Source: Bacilli bacterium
Lineage (GTDB): Bacteria > Bacillota_I > Bacilli_A > RFN20 > CAG-826
Direction of reading: 5' to 3'
Assembly: GCA_900767605.1 (NCBI GenBank)
Contig: CAAFZT010000054.1
Coordinates: 35-64,034, forward strand
Length of the DNA stretch: 64,000 nucleotides
Shown here: positions 43,649 through 53,223 of the stretch, in pieces
How the letters are laid out: each line of letters starts with the position of its first letter
Numbering within the stretch: the stretch's first letter is position 1
Program-made: the position numbers and the translations under genes
Notes under the pieces: generated by a model
What the model was told of the DNA's origin: nothing
Database searches by the model: none
What the model saw: only the letters and a program-made list of their open reading frames with translations

Positions 43649-45901
43649 CTAGAGCGACTCGTGCGCGTGACGAGCAATAACGTCTAGTTGCTGTTCTTTC
43701 GTCAAATCGATGAACTTGACCGCATAACCAGAGACGCGGATCGTGAAATTCGCATATTCGGGTTTTTCTGGGTGCTCCATCGCGTCTTTAAGTTTATCAA
43801 TGCCGAAGACGTTAACGTTAAGGTGATGGGCGCCTTTGTCAAAGTAGCCATCGAGGACGTAGACGAGGTTTTTCACCCGTTCCGCATCCGTTTTTCCAAG
43901 GGTATTGGGAGCAATCGTCTGGGTATTGGAAATGCCATCTAGCGCATATTCATACGGAAGCTTTGCTACCGAGTTGAGGGAAGCGAGCAAGCCGTTTTTC
44001 TCCGCTCCATAAGCAGGGTTAGCGCCTGGGGAGAGCGGTTCTCCTGCTTTGCGGCCGTCCGGCATCGAACCTGTGGCTTTGCCATAAACGACATTGGAAG
44101 TAATCGTAAGAATGGAGGTCGTGGGTTCAGAATCGCGGTAGGTATGGTGCTTTTTGATCTTCTTCATGAAGGTCTTCAATAGCCACACGGCAATATCGTC
44201 CGCGCGGTCATCGTCATTGCCATAACGAGGGAAGTCGCCCTCGATTTCATAATCAACGACTAAGCCCGTTTCATCGCGAATGGTTTTGACTTTGGCGTAA
44301 CGAATCGCGGAAAGGCTATCGACAACGTGGGAGAATCCCGCGATCCCTGTAGCAAACGTGCGGCGGACATCCGTATCGATGAGGGCCATTTCGGCGGCTT
44401 CGTAATAATAACGGTCATGCATGTATTGAATGAGGTTCAAGACATTAACATAAATGCCCGCGAGCCATTCCATCATGTCGTCGTAGCGTGCCATGACTTC
44501 GTCGTAATCCAAATATTCGGAAGTAATCGGACGGTAACGCGGACCCACTTGGTCGTGCGTTTTTTCGTCAACGCCGCCGTTAATCGCGTAAAGCAAGCAT
44601 TTGGCCAAGTTCGCGCGGGCTCCGAAGAATTGCATTTCTTTGCCGGTTTCGGTTGCAGAAACGCAGCAGCAAATCGAATAGTCGTCTCCCCAAACCGGAC
44701 GCATCACATCATCGTTTTCATATTGAATGGAGCTGGTTTTCACCGAAATATTCGCCGCATAGGACTTAAATCCGGCAGGAAGGCGCTTCGAATACAAAAC
44801 CGTAAGGTTGGGTTCGGGAGCAGGCCCCATGTTCTCCAGGGTGTGGAGGAACCGGAAATCGCTTTTGGTCACTAGGCTGCGGCCGTCTTGCCCCATACCA
44901 CCAACTTCAAGGGTCGCCCAAACGGGGTCGCCAGAGAAAAGTTGATTGTAGGAGGGGATGCGGGCAAATTTGACCATGCGGAGTTTCATAACGAGGTGGT
45001 CAATGAGCTCTTGGGCTTCCGTTTCAGTAAGGATGCCTTTGCGTAAATCGCGCTCGATATAAATATCAAGGAACGTGGAGATACGACCGACAGACATGGC
45101 GGCACCATTTTGCGTGCGGATGGCGGCCAAATAGCCAAAATAGAGCCATTGCACCGCTTCTTTGGCGTCTTTAGCCGGTTGAGAAATATCAAAACCAAAC
45201 GAGGCAGCCATTTGTTTCATTTCGCGGAGTGCCTTCATCTGATCGGCGATTTCTTCACGCAGGCGAATGACGTCTTCCGTCATCGTGCCATCGCCGCATT
45301 CGGCGAGGTCTTCTTCTTTTTGTGCTAGCAAGAAATCAATACCATAAAGGGCAACGCGGCGATAATCGCCAACAATTCTGCCGCGGCCATAGGCATCGGG
45401 AAGACCCGTTAAGATTTTGTTGTGACGGACTAATTTCATCTCCGGGGTATAGACATCAAAGACCGCTTGGTTATGGGTTTTGTGATAATCCGTGAAGATT
45501 TTGTGAAGTTCGGGGTTGGGGGTATAGCCATAGGTTTGGCAGGCTTTTTCCGCCATCTTTATTCCACCATAAGGCATGAAAGCGCGCTTTAAAGGCTTAT
45601 CGGTTTGTAGGCCGACCACCTTTTCCAATTCTTTCGTTTGATCGCCAATATAAGCGGGACCATAGGCGTTAATGGAGGAAACCACCTCGGTTTCCATGTC
45701 CAAAACGCCGCCTTTGGCACGTTCTTGATGTTGCAAATCCTGCACCATGTTCCAAAGCGTTTCGGTTGCGCCAGTCGGCCCTTCCAAAAAGGAAGCGTCT
45801 CCTTGATATTCCGTATAGTTTCGTTGAATGAAGTCACGAACGTTGACGTCTTCATTCCAGTGTCCGGGGGCAAAGCCCTCCCATTGTAATTTCTGTTCCA
45901 T
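43649..45901 (-). CDS. pflB: pyruvate formate-lyase (glycyl radical enzyme)
   Basis: The ATG at 45901 behind AAAGGAGGG gives [10 protein letters not shown]. Active-site CCVSA and the glycyl radical motif IRVSGYAV near the C-terminus. Confidence 0.96.
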   Translation of the reverse strand: MEQKLQWEGFAPGHWNEDVNVRDFIQRNYTEYQGDASFLEGPTGATETLWNMVQDLQHQERAKGGVLDMETEVVSSINAYGPAYIGDQTKELEKVVGLQTDKPLKRAFMPYGGIKMAEKACQTYGYTPNPELHKIFTDYHKTHNQAVFDVYTPEMKLVRHNKILTGLPDAYGRGRIVGDYRRVALYGIDFLLAQKEEDLAECGDGTMTEDVIRLREEIADQMKALREMKQMAASFGFDISQPAKDAKEAVQWLYFGYLAAIRTQNGAAMSVGRISTFLDIYIERDLRKGILTETEAQELIDHLVMKLRMVKFARIPSYNQLFSGDPVWATLEVGGMGQDGRSLVTKSDFRFLHTLENMGPAPEPNLTVLYSKRLPAGFKSYAANISVKTSSIQYENDDVMRPVWGDDYSICCCVSATETGKEMQFFGARANLAKCLLYAINGGVDEKTHDQVGPRYRPITSEYLDYDEVMARYDDMMEWLAGIYVNVLNLIQYMHDRYYYEAAEMALIDTDVRRTFATGIAGFSHVVDSLSAIRYAKVKTIRDETGLVVDYEIEGDFPRYGNDDDRADDIAVWLLKTFMKKIKKHHTYRDSEPTTSILTITSNVVYGKATGSMPDGRKAGEPLSPGANPAYGAEKNGLLASLNSVAKLPYEYALDGISNTQTIAPNTLGKTDAERVKNLVYVLDGYFDKGAHHLNVNVFGIDKLKDAMEHPEKPEYANFTIRVSGYAVKFIDLTKEQQLDVIARHAHESL

Positions 45902-45956
45902 GTTTTCCCTCCTTTGGGGGCATGCAATATTTTGAGAGTTTAGAGGAAGCGTTTCT

Positions 45957-45970
45957 TTGATTTCAATCAA
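45957..45970 (-). promoter_or_regulatory. FNR/CRP-type box TTGATTTCAATCAA upstream of pflB
   Basis: Perfect TTGAT-N4-ATCAA, 56-69 nt upstream of the pflB ATG, in the 76-nt pflA-pflB spacer. Confidence 0.7.
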
Positions 45971-45977
45971 TTTCGCT

Positions 45978-46703
45978 TCATTTTTTCGTAAGAATGTTTT
46001 CCGCGTTTTTTACCCGTTCATTCGAGGGGGGTTCTACTTTCCCAAGCGAATAATTCAAATGAAGCTCTTTCCATTTGAATTCCCCCATTTTATGGAAGGG
46101 GAGCACTTCTACCCGTTCCACGTTATGGAGGCCATCAATGAAGCGGCGAGTTGCATTCAAATCCTCGTCGAAATCCGTGTATCCCGGCACTAAGACGTGA
46201 CGAATCCATACGGGCTTATGGATTTCATCCAAGTAACGAAGCATATCAAGAATATTTTCATTGCTTTTGCCCGTTAGGATTCGATGCTTTTTATTGTCGA
46301 TTTCTTTAATGTCGACAAGCAATAAGTCCGTTACCTTCATAAGACTTTGGAAGCGGGAGAAGAATGGCTCCTCTCTTGTAAATGGCGATCCTGAAGTATC
46401 GATGCAGGTGGATATCCCTTTTTCTTTGGCTTTCGTAAATAGTTCCGTCAAGAATTCGATTTGAAGCAAAGGTTCTCCTCCGCTGACGGTGATGCCGCCT
46501 TCTTCGCCCCAATAGGATCGATAACGTAACGCTTGCTCTAGGATAGAATCCGCTGATCGGAGTTCTCCACCGGGAGTAGCCCACGTATCGGGGTTATGGC
46601 AATAAAGGCAACGCAAAGGGCACCCTTTCAAAAAGATAACAAAACGGATTCCCGGGCCATCCAGGGATCCAAACGTTTCGATCGAATGAATGTTTCCTTG
46701 CAT
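45978..46703 (-). CDS. pflA: pyruvate formate-lyase activating enzyme (radical SAM)
   Basis: 241 aa. [11 protein letters not shown] radical-SAM cluster motif and [13 protein letters not shown]. Confidence 0.94.
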   Translation of the reverse strand: MQGNIHSIETFGSLDGPGIRFVIFLKGCPLRCLYCHNPDTWATPGGELRSADSILEQALRYRSYWGEEGGITVSGGEPLLQIEFLTELFTKAKEKGISTCIDTSGSPFTREEPFFSRFQSLMKVTDLLLVDIKEIDNKKHRILTGKSNENILDMLRYLDEIHKPVWIRHVLVPGYTDFDEDLNATRRFIDGLHNVERVEVLPFHKMGEFKWKELHLNYSLGKVEPPSNERVKNAENILTKK

Positions 46704-46753
46704 CTAAAATCCTCTCAGCACGCTTATTATCTTTTTAAAATATCGAAACTTCC

Positions 46754-46767
46754 TTGATTTCAATCAA
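46754..46767 (-). promoter_or_regulatory. FNR/CRP-type box TTGATTTCAATCAA upstream of pflA
   Basis: 14-mer identical to the one at 45957-45970. Lies 51-64 nt upstream of the pflA ATG and overlaps the fnr-like stop codon. Confidence 0.7.
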
Positions 46768-47450
46768 GAATTGGCAATTTCCACCAACGCATCGAAATTG
46801 CAGATTCGAAAAGCAGAACGCCCCTTCTTTTCCAGGACGCCATCTTGCAGCAATTCGCCGATTTTTCGGGATACCGTCTCAGGACGAAGGGATACCGCCG
46901 AAGCAATGTCGCTTAATTTCATCGAGAAAGAATCACGATGAAACTGCGAAGCGCGATAAGCAAATAGTCGAGCGATTTTGGCTTTGGGGTCCGTGGTAGA
47001 TAGAATCATATTTCGTTCATTCGCATCGTGGAGTTTTTTCGAAAGGATCTCGATCACGGACAAAGCGCCGCGTCCATCCTTTAGATGATTCCGGACGATG
47101 GAAGCAGGAACTTTGCAAACCACCACTTCATCCATGGCAATGCCGTGGAAGGGGAAAGTGGGCTGTTCGAGAAATAAACCCTCCCAAATCCATTCGCCCT
47201 TGCCAAAAAACGCGACAATTTTTTCTCTGCCGTCCGAATCATAATTCACAAGTTTGATGTTCCCTTTATGAATCAAGTAAAGGGAATCGGCAGGATCGCC
47301 AAGAGAAAAAATCGAATCGCCTTTTTGGTAAGTCAATCGAACGGCTGAAGCAAAAAGCGAATCCTTCTTCCCTTGCTTTTTGTCTTCCTCAAAAAGCCAT
47401 GCAGATACGCATGGAGAAGGGCATTGTTGGCACGGCGTCTTGGTTTTCAT
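46764..47450 (-). CDS. fnr: Crp/Fnr-family regulator, FNR-like (N-terminal Cys cluster)
   Basis: The ATG at 47450 gives MKTKTPCQQCPSPC (Cx2Cx3C) plus Cys112. cNMP-like beta-barrel. Recognition helix RPETVSRKIGEL carries the FNR E--SR motif. Confidence 0.82.
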   Translation of the reverse strand: MKTKTPCQQCPSPCVSAWLFEEDKKQGKKDSLFASAVRLTYQKGDSIFSLGDPADSLYLIHKGNIKLVNYDSDGREKIVAFFGKGEWIWEGLFLEQPTFPFHGIAMDEVVVCKVPASIVRNHLKDGRGALSVIEILSKKLHDANERNMILSTTDPKAKIARLFAYRASQFHRDSFSMKLSDIASAVSLRPETVSRKIGELLQDGVLEKKGRSAFRICNFDALVEIANS

Positions 47451-47693
47451 AAATGGCAATGTCGAACACTTCAATATCGACTCTAGCAAGATACATGGAA
47501 GAAAGAAGAAATCAAGCAAAATAACCCAAAGCCTCTTTGCCTATTTCTCGGGCTTTTTAACCACTTTATAGGACGTTGTCAAAACTTTGGTCCTCTCTTG
47601 TTGCAACATTCTCTCACGCGCCTAAAATGAGGACTCGTCAGCAGTGAAAGAGAAGGGTGCTTGTCTTTCTCTAGCGTCTTGAGGAGTATCGGT

Positions 47694-50009
47694 ATGACAG
47701 TTATTTACGACGAAAGTCTCGATGGGAACTTAGATATTGAGGAACCAAAAATCTGCGTCATGAAGCGTTCGGGCGAACGAACGAGTTTTGATCGCATGAA
47801 AATCGTGGAAGCTATCCGCGGTGCCAACGAAGAAGAAGGTATCGTTTCGGAGCGTTTAACCGAAGAACAAATCAACGGAATCGCCTATGGCATCATGAAG
47901 GATGCCGCGAATGCAGGACGTGATTTGTCCGTGGAAGAAATCCAGGACAAAGTCGAGGATGCTTTGATGGGCACCGGCAAATACAAGGTTGCCCGCCTTT
48001 ATATCACCTATCGTTATAAGCACGGCGAAAGCCGCAAAATGAGCGATATCGACCAAAAAATCGCTGGTGTTGTCGAACGCTCTAATGAAGAAGTCAAACA
48101 AGAAAACTCCAACAAGAATCCGACAATCCTTTCCGTTCAACGCGACTATATGGCCGGGGAATGGAGCCGTTATTATACGGGCCGTTATTTGCTTAGCGAT
48201 GACATCGTCCAAGCTCATCGCGAAGGCATCATCCACTTCCACGACGCCGATTATTTTGCCCAGCACGAGCACAACTGCGACCTCGTTAACCTCGAGGATA
48301 TGCTTCAAAACGGAACCTGTATTTCGGGCACTCATATCGATACCCCACATAGTTTCTCCGTCGCTTGCACCGTCGCCAGCCAAATCGTAGCCCAAGTCGC
48401 TTCAAGCCAATATGGCGGACAAACCATCACCATGAGCCATTTGGCTCCGTTTGTCGACGTTTCGCGCAAGAGAATTGCCAAACGTTTGAAAGCGGAATTT
48501 GAAGCCGCTGGCATCGAAACTTCCAGTGATAAATTCAATCATTTGGTCGAGCAAGAAGTCCGCAAGGAAATCGAAACGGGCTGCCAAACCATCCAATATC
48601 AGTTGATCACCTTGCAATCCACCAACGGCCAAGCTCCTTTCGTGACCGTCTTCCTCTATCTCCACGAAGTTCCAGAAGGCCGCACCAGAGATGACCTCGC
48701 CCTCATTATCGAAGTCATGCTCAAGCAACGCATTCTCGGCGTCAAAGACCGCACTGGGCAATACATCACCCCGGCTTTCCCCAAACTCATCTATGTCCTT
48801 CAAGACGATAACATCGACGAAGGTACCCCCTATTTCTATTTGACCAAATTGGCCGCAGAATGCACAGCCAAGCGCATGGTCCCCGACTACATCTCCGAAA
48901 AGAAAATGTTCGAATTAAAGGGCGATTGCTACCCCTGCATGGGTTGCCGTTCCTTCTTAACTCCAGATCGCTTCACCGATGCGGGCATCGGCAACATTGC
49001 CAACGCTTTGGATTATGTTCCCGGTAAGCACCGTTACTACGGCCGCTTCAATCAAGGCGTCGTCACCATTAACCTTGTCGATGTTGCTTGCTCTAGCGGC
49101 AAAGACGAAGAGCGCTTCTGGGAAATCTTCCGCGATCGTTTGGAACTTTGCCATCGCGCCTTGCAACTTCGCCACAAGCGCTTGCTCGGCACTCCAAGCG
49201 ACGTGGCTCCGATTCTTTGGCAGGACGGGGCTTTGGCCCGTTTGAAGCCAGGAGAAACCATTGATAAGCTTCTCTTCAATGGCTATTCCACGATTTCTTT
49301 GGGCTATGCCGGACTCGCCGAATGTGTCTATTACATGAAAGGCACATCCCACACTTCCGGAGTAGGGGAAGAATTTGGCATTCGCGTCATGAAGCTTCTC
49401 AACGATTCCTGCGCGAAATGGAAGAGAGAAGAAAACATCGACTACTCCGTCTATGGCACTCCTCTTGAGTCTACGACCTACAAATTTGCCAAGTGCCTCC
49501 AAAAGCGTTTCGGCATCATCCCCGGAGTTACCGATCATAACTACATTACCAATTCCTATCACGTCAACGTCCGGGAAAAGATCAACGCCTTCGATAAATT
49601 GACCAAGGAAGCTCAGTTCCAACAGCTTTCTCCAGGTGGAGCCGTGAGTTATGTTGAGGTTCCGAACATGCAGAATAACATCCCTGCGGTTATTGCGATC
49701 ATGAAGCATATCTACAACACGATCGTCTACGCGGAGCTCAACACCAAGAGCGACCTTTGCGAGAATTGCGGTTATACCGGCGAAATCAAAATCGTCAAAG
49801 ACGAAACCGGCAAACTCGTTTGGGAATGTCCCAATTGCGGCAACCGCGACCAAAGTAAGATGCACGTTGCCCGCAGAACCTGCGGATATATCGGCACCCA
49901 GTTCTGGAATCAAGGCCGTACGCAGGAAATCCAAGACCGCGTCCTGCATCTAAGCTTAGGAACCTTGGACGAAGAAGCCGAGAAGAAAAAAGCGGAAGAA
50001 AATAAGTAA
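47694..50009 (+). CDS. nrdD: anaerobic ribonucleoside-triphosphate reductase (class III)
   Basis: The ATG at 47694 lies behind GAGGAG. ATP-cone (VMKRSGERTSFDRMKIVEAI), C-terminal Zn ribbon CENCGY...CPNCG and the glycyl radical motif RRTCGYIG. Confidence 0.95.
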   Translation: MTVIYDESLDGNLDIEEPKICVMKRSGERTSFDRMKIVEAIRGANEEEGIVSERLTEEQINGIAYGIMKDAANAGRDLSVEEIQDKVEDALMGTGKYKVARLYITYRYKHGESRKMSDIDQKIAGVVERSNEEVKQENSNKNPTILSVQRDYMAGEWSRYYTGRYLLSDDIVQAHREGIIHFHDADYFAQHEHNCDLVNLEDMLQNGTCISGTHIDTPHSFSVACTVASQIVAQVASSQYGGQTITMSHLAPFVDVSRKRIAKRLKAEFEAAGIETSSDKFNHLVEQEVRKEIETGCQTIQYQLITLQSTNGQAPFVTVFLYLHEVPEGRTRDDLALIIEVMLKQRILGVKDRTGQYITPAFPKLIYVLQDDNIDEGTPYFYLTKLAAECTAKRMVPDYISEKKMFELKGDCYPCMGCRSFLTPDRFTDAGIGNIANALDYVPGKHRYYGRFNQGVVTINLVDVACSSGKDEERFWEIFRDRLELCHRALQLRHKRLLGTPSDVAPILWQDGALARLKPGETIDKLLFNGYSTISLGYAGLAECVYYMKGTSHTSGVGEEFGIRVMKLLNDSCAKWKREENIDYSVYGTPLESTTYKFAKCLQKRFGIIPGVTDHNYITNSYHVNVREKINAFDKLTKEAQFQQLSPGGAVSYVEVPNMQNNIPAVIAIMKHIYNTIVYAELNTKSDLCENCGYTGEIKIVKDETGKLVWECPNCGNRDQSKMHVARRTCGYIGTQFWNQGRTQEIQDRVLHLSLGTLDEEAEKKKAEENK

Positions 50010-50015
50010 AATAGA

Positions 50016-50042
50016 AAGCCACAGGGATTCCTTGTGGCTTTT
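50016..50042 (+). terminator. stem-loop between nrdD and nrdG (weak or partial terminator)
   Basis: AAGCCACAGGG-att-CCTTGTGGCTT (11 bp with one G-U) followed by only TTTC. The nrdG RBS follows directly. Confidence 0.4.
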
Positions 50043-50058
50043 CGATAGGAGGACAAAG

Positions 50059-50595
50059 ATGCATTACGGACAAATCATGATCGCCGATAGCGCCAACGGA
50101 GTAGGGGTTCGCGTGACCTTATTCGTTTCGGGATGCACGAATCATTGCCCTGGATGTTTTCAACCAGAAACCTGGGACTTCTCTTTTGGAGAACCCTATA
50201 CCCAAGAGGTGGAAGACAGAATCATCGAAGAACTCAAGAAATCCTACTACGACGGATTAACGATTTTAGGAGGCGAACCTTTTGAAATCGAAAATCAGCC
50301 CGCTCTTCTTCCCTTGATTAAGCGCGTTCACGAAATGGATCCGAAACGAACTATTTGGATGTATACCGGATTCCATTACGAAGACCTTTTGCCAGGTGGA
50401 AAACGCTACACGCCCTTCACGGATTCCATTTTGGATAAGATTGATATCCTCGTGGATGGCCCCTTCCAAGAAGAAAACAAAAACATCTCTTTGAATTTCC
50501 GCGGATCCACCAACCAACGGATCATTGATGTCCCCCAAACAAGAAAAGCGGGGCATATCGTCTTATCCCCGCTTCAAGAAAGTTCTCTTCTTTAA
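50059..50595 (+). CDS. nrdG: anaerobic ribonucleotide reductase activating protein (radical SAM)
   Basis: The ATG at 50059 lies behind AGGAGGA. CTNHCPGCFQPETW cluster motif. Confidence 0.92.
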   Translation: MHYGQIMIADSANGVGVRVTLFVSGCTNHCPGCFQPETWDFSFGEPYTQEVEDRIIEELKKSYYDGLTILGGEPFEIENQPALLPLIKRVHEMDPKRTIWMYTGFHYEDLLPGGKRYTPFTDSILDKIDILVDGPFQEENKNISLNFRGSTNQRIIDVPQTRKAGHIVLSPLQESSLL

Positions 50596-53210
50596 TCGTC
50601 TTTTTCGCTCCAGCCAATCTTCTCGGCGAATTGGTTATTCACCGCGATTTTTAGTTGATAACGATCTTCTTCTAGTTCACTAGCAGGAGATAAGAAGACC
50701 AAAGCCCCATTTTTCTCTTGGCTTGCCCGGTGGGCGGGCATCACTTTATAGGTGAGCCTTCCCTTCCGTTTCATCGAATAGTCCTTGTCGAGGAAGGAAG
50801 AACGTTCTAGTACGGCAAGCAACTGGTAACGAGGGGAATCTCCTTCCGCGCGATATAAGGCAAAAGGCCCTTCCCCTTGCCAAGATAGATGCACGCCATC
50901 CATCGCATAGGAGGCTTGAAAGTACTGAATAGGAGTAAAGACTTCTAGGGGGACAAACCCTTTTATCACATAGGTATGCCCTGGAACGGTGGGGAAAGAG
51001 ACTTCCGTCCCTTCGACGTTGGCGTATACCCCTTCTTCGCTTTCCACTTGAATCGTGGGGGTAATCCCCTCATAACGAATCCGCGCATCTTGCCCTTTCA
51101 AAGAGAGAAGACGAACTTCTCGAATCACGCCGTCTTCATAACGGCAGGAAATCTCGAAATTGCCGCGGGCTTTTAATCCGCGGAAGGATACCTTTTTCCA
51201 AGAAGAAGGCAAAGCAGGCAACAAAGAAATATATCCTTCATGACTTTGAAGGAGCATTTCCGCAATCCCGGCCGTCGCCCCAAAATTCCCATCGATTTGG
51301 AAAGGAGGATGGACGTCCCAAAGGTTCGGGTGGGTCTTCTTTTCTAGGAGCATTCTTAACAAACGATAGCAATGGTCTCCATCCCCAACGCGAGCCCAGC
51401 AGCAAAGGCGATGCGCCAAAGCCCAGCCGGTGGAGAAATCTCCGCGAAGTTCCAAGGTGCGTTTTGCCGCGTCTAACCACGCAGGGGTTTGATGGGTGAT
51501 TAAACTTCCTGGCATTAAACCGACGAGCTGAGAAAGGTGACGGTGATGATATTCGCCGATTTCCCCGTAGAAATGCTCTTCTTGGTATTCTTTGATTTGC
51601 CCGCTGTAGCCAATTTGGACGGGGTCGTAATGATTGGCTTGAAGACGTTCTAATTTTGTGGTGTCGTCTTCTTTTCCTAAAACCGCGGCGATACGTAGGT
51701 CATTTAAAGCATTATCCTGCATCATTTGCTCGTCAAAAGCGCAGCCAACCGTGTGGTAATATTGCTGAGCAGGGTCGCTTAATACCCAGTGTCCACCTAG
51801 CAACTGTTCAGGAGAAGCCGAATACGAGCAAAGATATTTATCGTCATATTTTTTGACGCAGCGGACAAAGAATTTCGCCATGCCGTGAACGGCGGGTTCG
51901 ACGTATTTGGACGCAAAATCCTGATCTAAGGTAAAGGCATAGGCATCATAGAACAAACGGCTGGTCATGCCCCCTGTCCCAGGACCCGAATGGGTTTGAT
52001 GACGCATGCCCTCAATTTCGTAGGCAAAAGCACCTGTTCCGATGATCCAACCGCATTTCCCTTCCCCCGCTTCATAGGAGGCGGGATTTTCTTCCTGCAC
52101 CCATTTCGACGCGCTGGTTTGCGCATAAGGCAAATAGGCCAAGAAGAAATCCGCATAGGCATCAAAAGTTTCGCCAAGATTCGTGACAAAAGCCGGCCAG
52201 TAATTCATCTGGATATTGATGTTATGCCAGAATCCGCTCCCCCACGGGGATTTATCATGAGCCGTCCATACTCCTTGCAAGGAAGCAGGCAAACTTCCTT
52301 TTCGAGAAGAAGAAACCAAAAGGTGACGCCCATATTGGAAATAGAGTTCTTCCAAATAGGGAACGGATTCCCCTTGACGGCAGTTTTCTAATAGTTCATC
52401 CGTATAGTGAACGTCTTCTTTTCCTCCAAGATCCAAGTCCACGCGTCCCATTAAGGAGACATAATCTTGGAGATGACGTTCTCTAAGCTCGGCATAGCCA
52501 AGTTCCATCGCGTTTTGAAGACGTTTCGCAACATCTTCATGAGGATCTTTTCCTTCCGCCTTATGGCTGAAGAAAGTCTCAGGACAAAGCGAATAAGAAG
52601 TTCCCGCGGCATAGAAAATCGATACACGGGTCGCTCCTTTGATGCTAAAACCCACTTCTTTTTGTTCCACGGCTCCATTAGAAATCACTCCCAGCCTTCC
52701 TTCATAATTCAGGTTTTTAGCAGGATGGGTTCCTCGCATCACAAGAACATTTTGCTCAAAATAGACCTTTCCTTCTCTTCCACCATCTTCGATGCTGCGT
52801 TTTCCCAAATAGGAGATAACAAGGCCGATCTTCAAATCAATGGGCTGATTCGCTTCGATGGAATAAGCGAAGCAATGATCAGGATAGGAGCAAAAGCATT
52901 CCCTTTGGATGCGATTGCTTCCATCAAAAAAGGAAGAGGAGGCACATCCGGTTTGAAGAGACAAGGAACGGAGATAGTCCGTGATGCTATTTTGAGGCTG
53001 ATAGGCGATATGGATCTCCGAAAAGGAGGAAACACCCCCATGCGGATAGTCGTTTGCATATTCATTCGTGGTGAATTGGATTTCCTCGTCTTCGATTCCA
53101 CCAAACACACTGGCCCCGAAATACCCATTTCCAATGGGAAGGGAATATTTCTCCCATCCTTCGATGTTCATGGGCGCAGGCTGCCCATAACGTAATTCTA
53201 ATTTCTTCAT
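50592..53210 (-). CDS. glycoside hydrolase family 95 (alpha-L-fucosidase-like)
   Basis: 872 aa. N-terminal LRYGQPAPMNIEGWEKYSLPIGNGYFGASVFGG, typical of the GH95 N-domain. (alpha/alpha)6 catalytic region. No signal peptide. Confidence 0.82.
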   Translation of the reverse strand: MKKLELRYGQPAPMNIEGWEKYSLPIGNGYFGASVFGGIEDEEIQFTTNEYANDYPHGGVSSFSEIHIAYQPQNSITDYLRSLSLQTGCASSSFFDGSNRIQRECFCSYPDHCFAYSIEANQPIDLKIGLVISYLGKRSIEDGGREGKVYFEQNVLVMRGTHPAKNLNYEGRLGVISNGAVEQKEVGFSIKGATRVSIFYAAGTSYSLCPETFFSHKAEGKDPHEDVAKRLQNAMELGYAELRERHLQDYVSLMGRVDLDLGGKEDVHYTDELLENCRQGESVPYLEELYFQYGRHLLVSSSRKGSLPASLQGVWTAHDKSPWGSGFWHNINIQMNYWPAFVTNLGETFDAYADFFLAYLPYAQTSASKWVQEENPASYEAGEGKCGWIIGTGAFAYEIEGMRHQTHSGPGTGGMTSRLFYDAYAFTLDQDFASKYVEPAVHGMAKFFVRCVKKYDDKYLCSYSASPEQLLGGHWVLSDPAQQYYHTVGCAFDEQMMQDNALNDLRIAAVLGKEDDTTKLERLQANHYDPVQIGYSGQIKEYQEEHFYGEIGEYHHRHLSQLVGLMPGSLITHQTPAWLDAAKRTLELRGDFSTGWALAHRLCCWARVGDGDHCYRLLRMLLEKKTHPNLWDVHPPFQIDGNFGATAGIAEMLLQSHEGYISLLPALPSSWKKVSFRGLKARGNFEISCRYEDGVIREVRLLSLKGQDARIRYEGITPTIQVESEEGVYANVEGTEVSFPTVPGHTYVIKGFVPLEVFTPIQYFQASYAMDGVHLSWQGEGPFALYRAEGDSPRYQLLAVLERSSFLDKDYSMKRKGRLTYKVMPAHRASQEKNGALVFLSPASELEEDRYQLKIAVNNQFAEKIGWSEKDD

Positions 53211-53223
53211 AAAACGCCCCTTC

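Noticed and set aside
47599-47608. TGTTGCAACA palindrome in the fnr-nrdD spacer as an FNR or NrdR site
   Set aside because: It does not match TTGAT-N4-ATCAA or the NrdR box consensus. I note it only as an unexplained 10-bp palindrome.
48957-49949. 330-aa minus-strand ORF
   Set aside because: It is antisense to nrdD, which is unambiguous (ATP-cone, Zn ribbon, glycyl radical motif).
52467-53195. 242-aa plus-strand ORF, and a 210-aa ORF at 54094-54726
   Set aside because: They are antisense shadows of the GH95 and GH20 genes.
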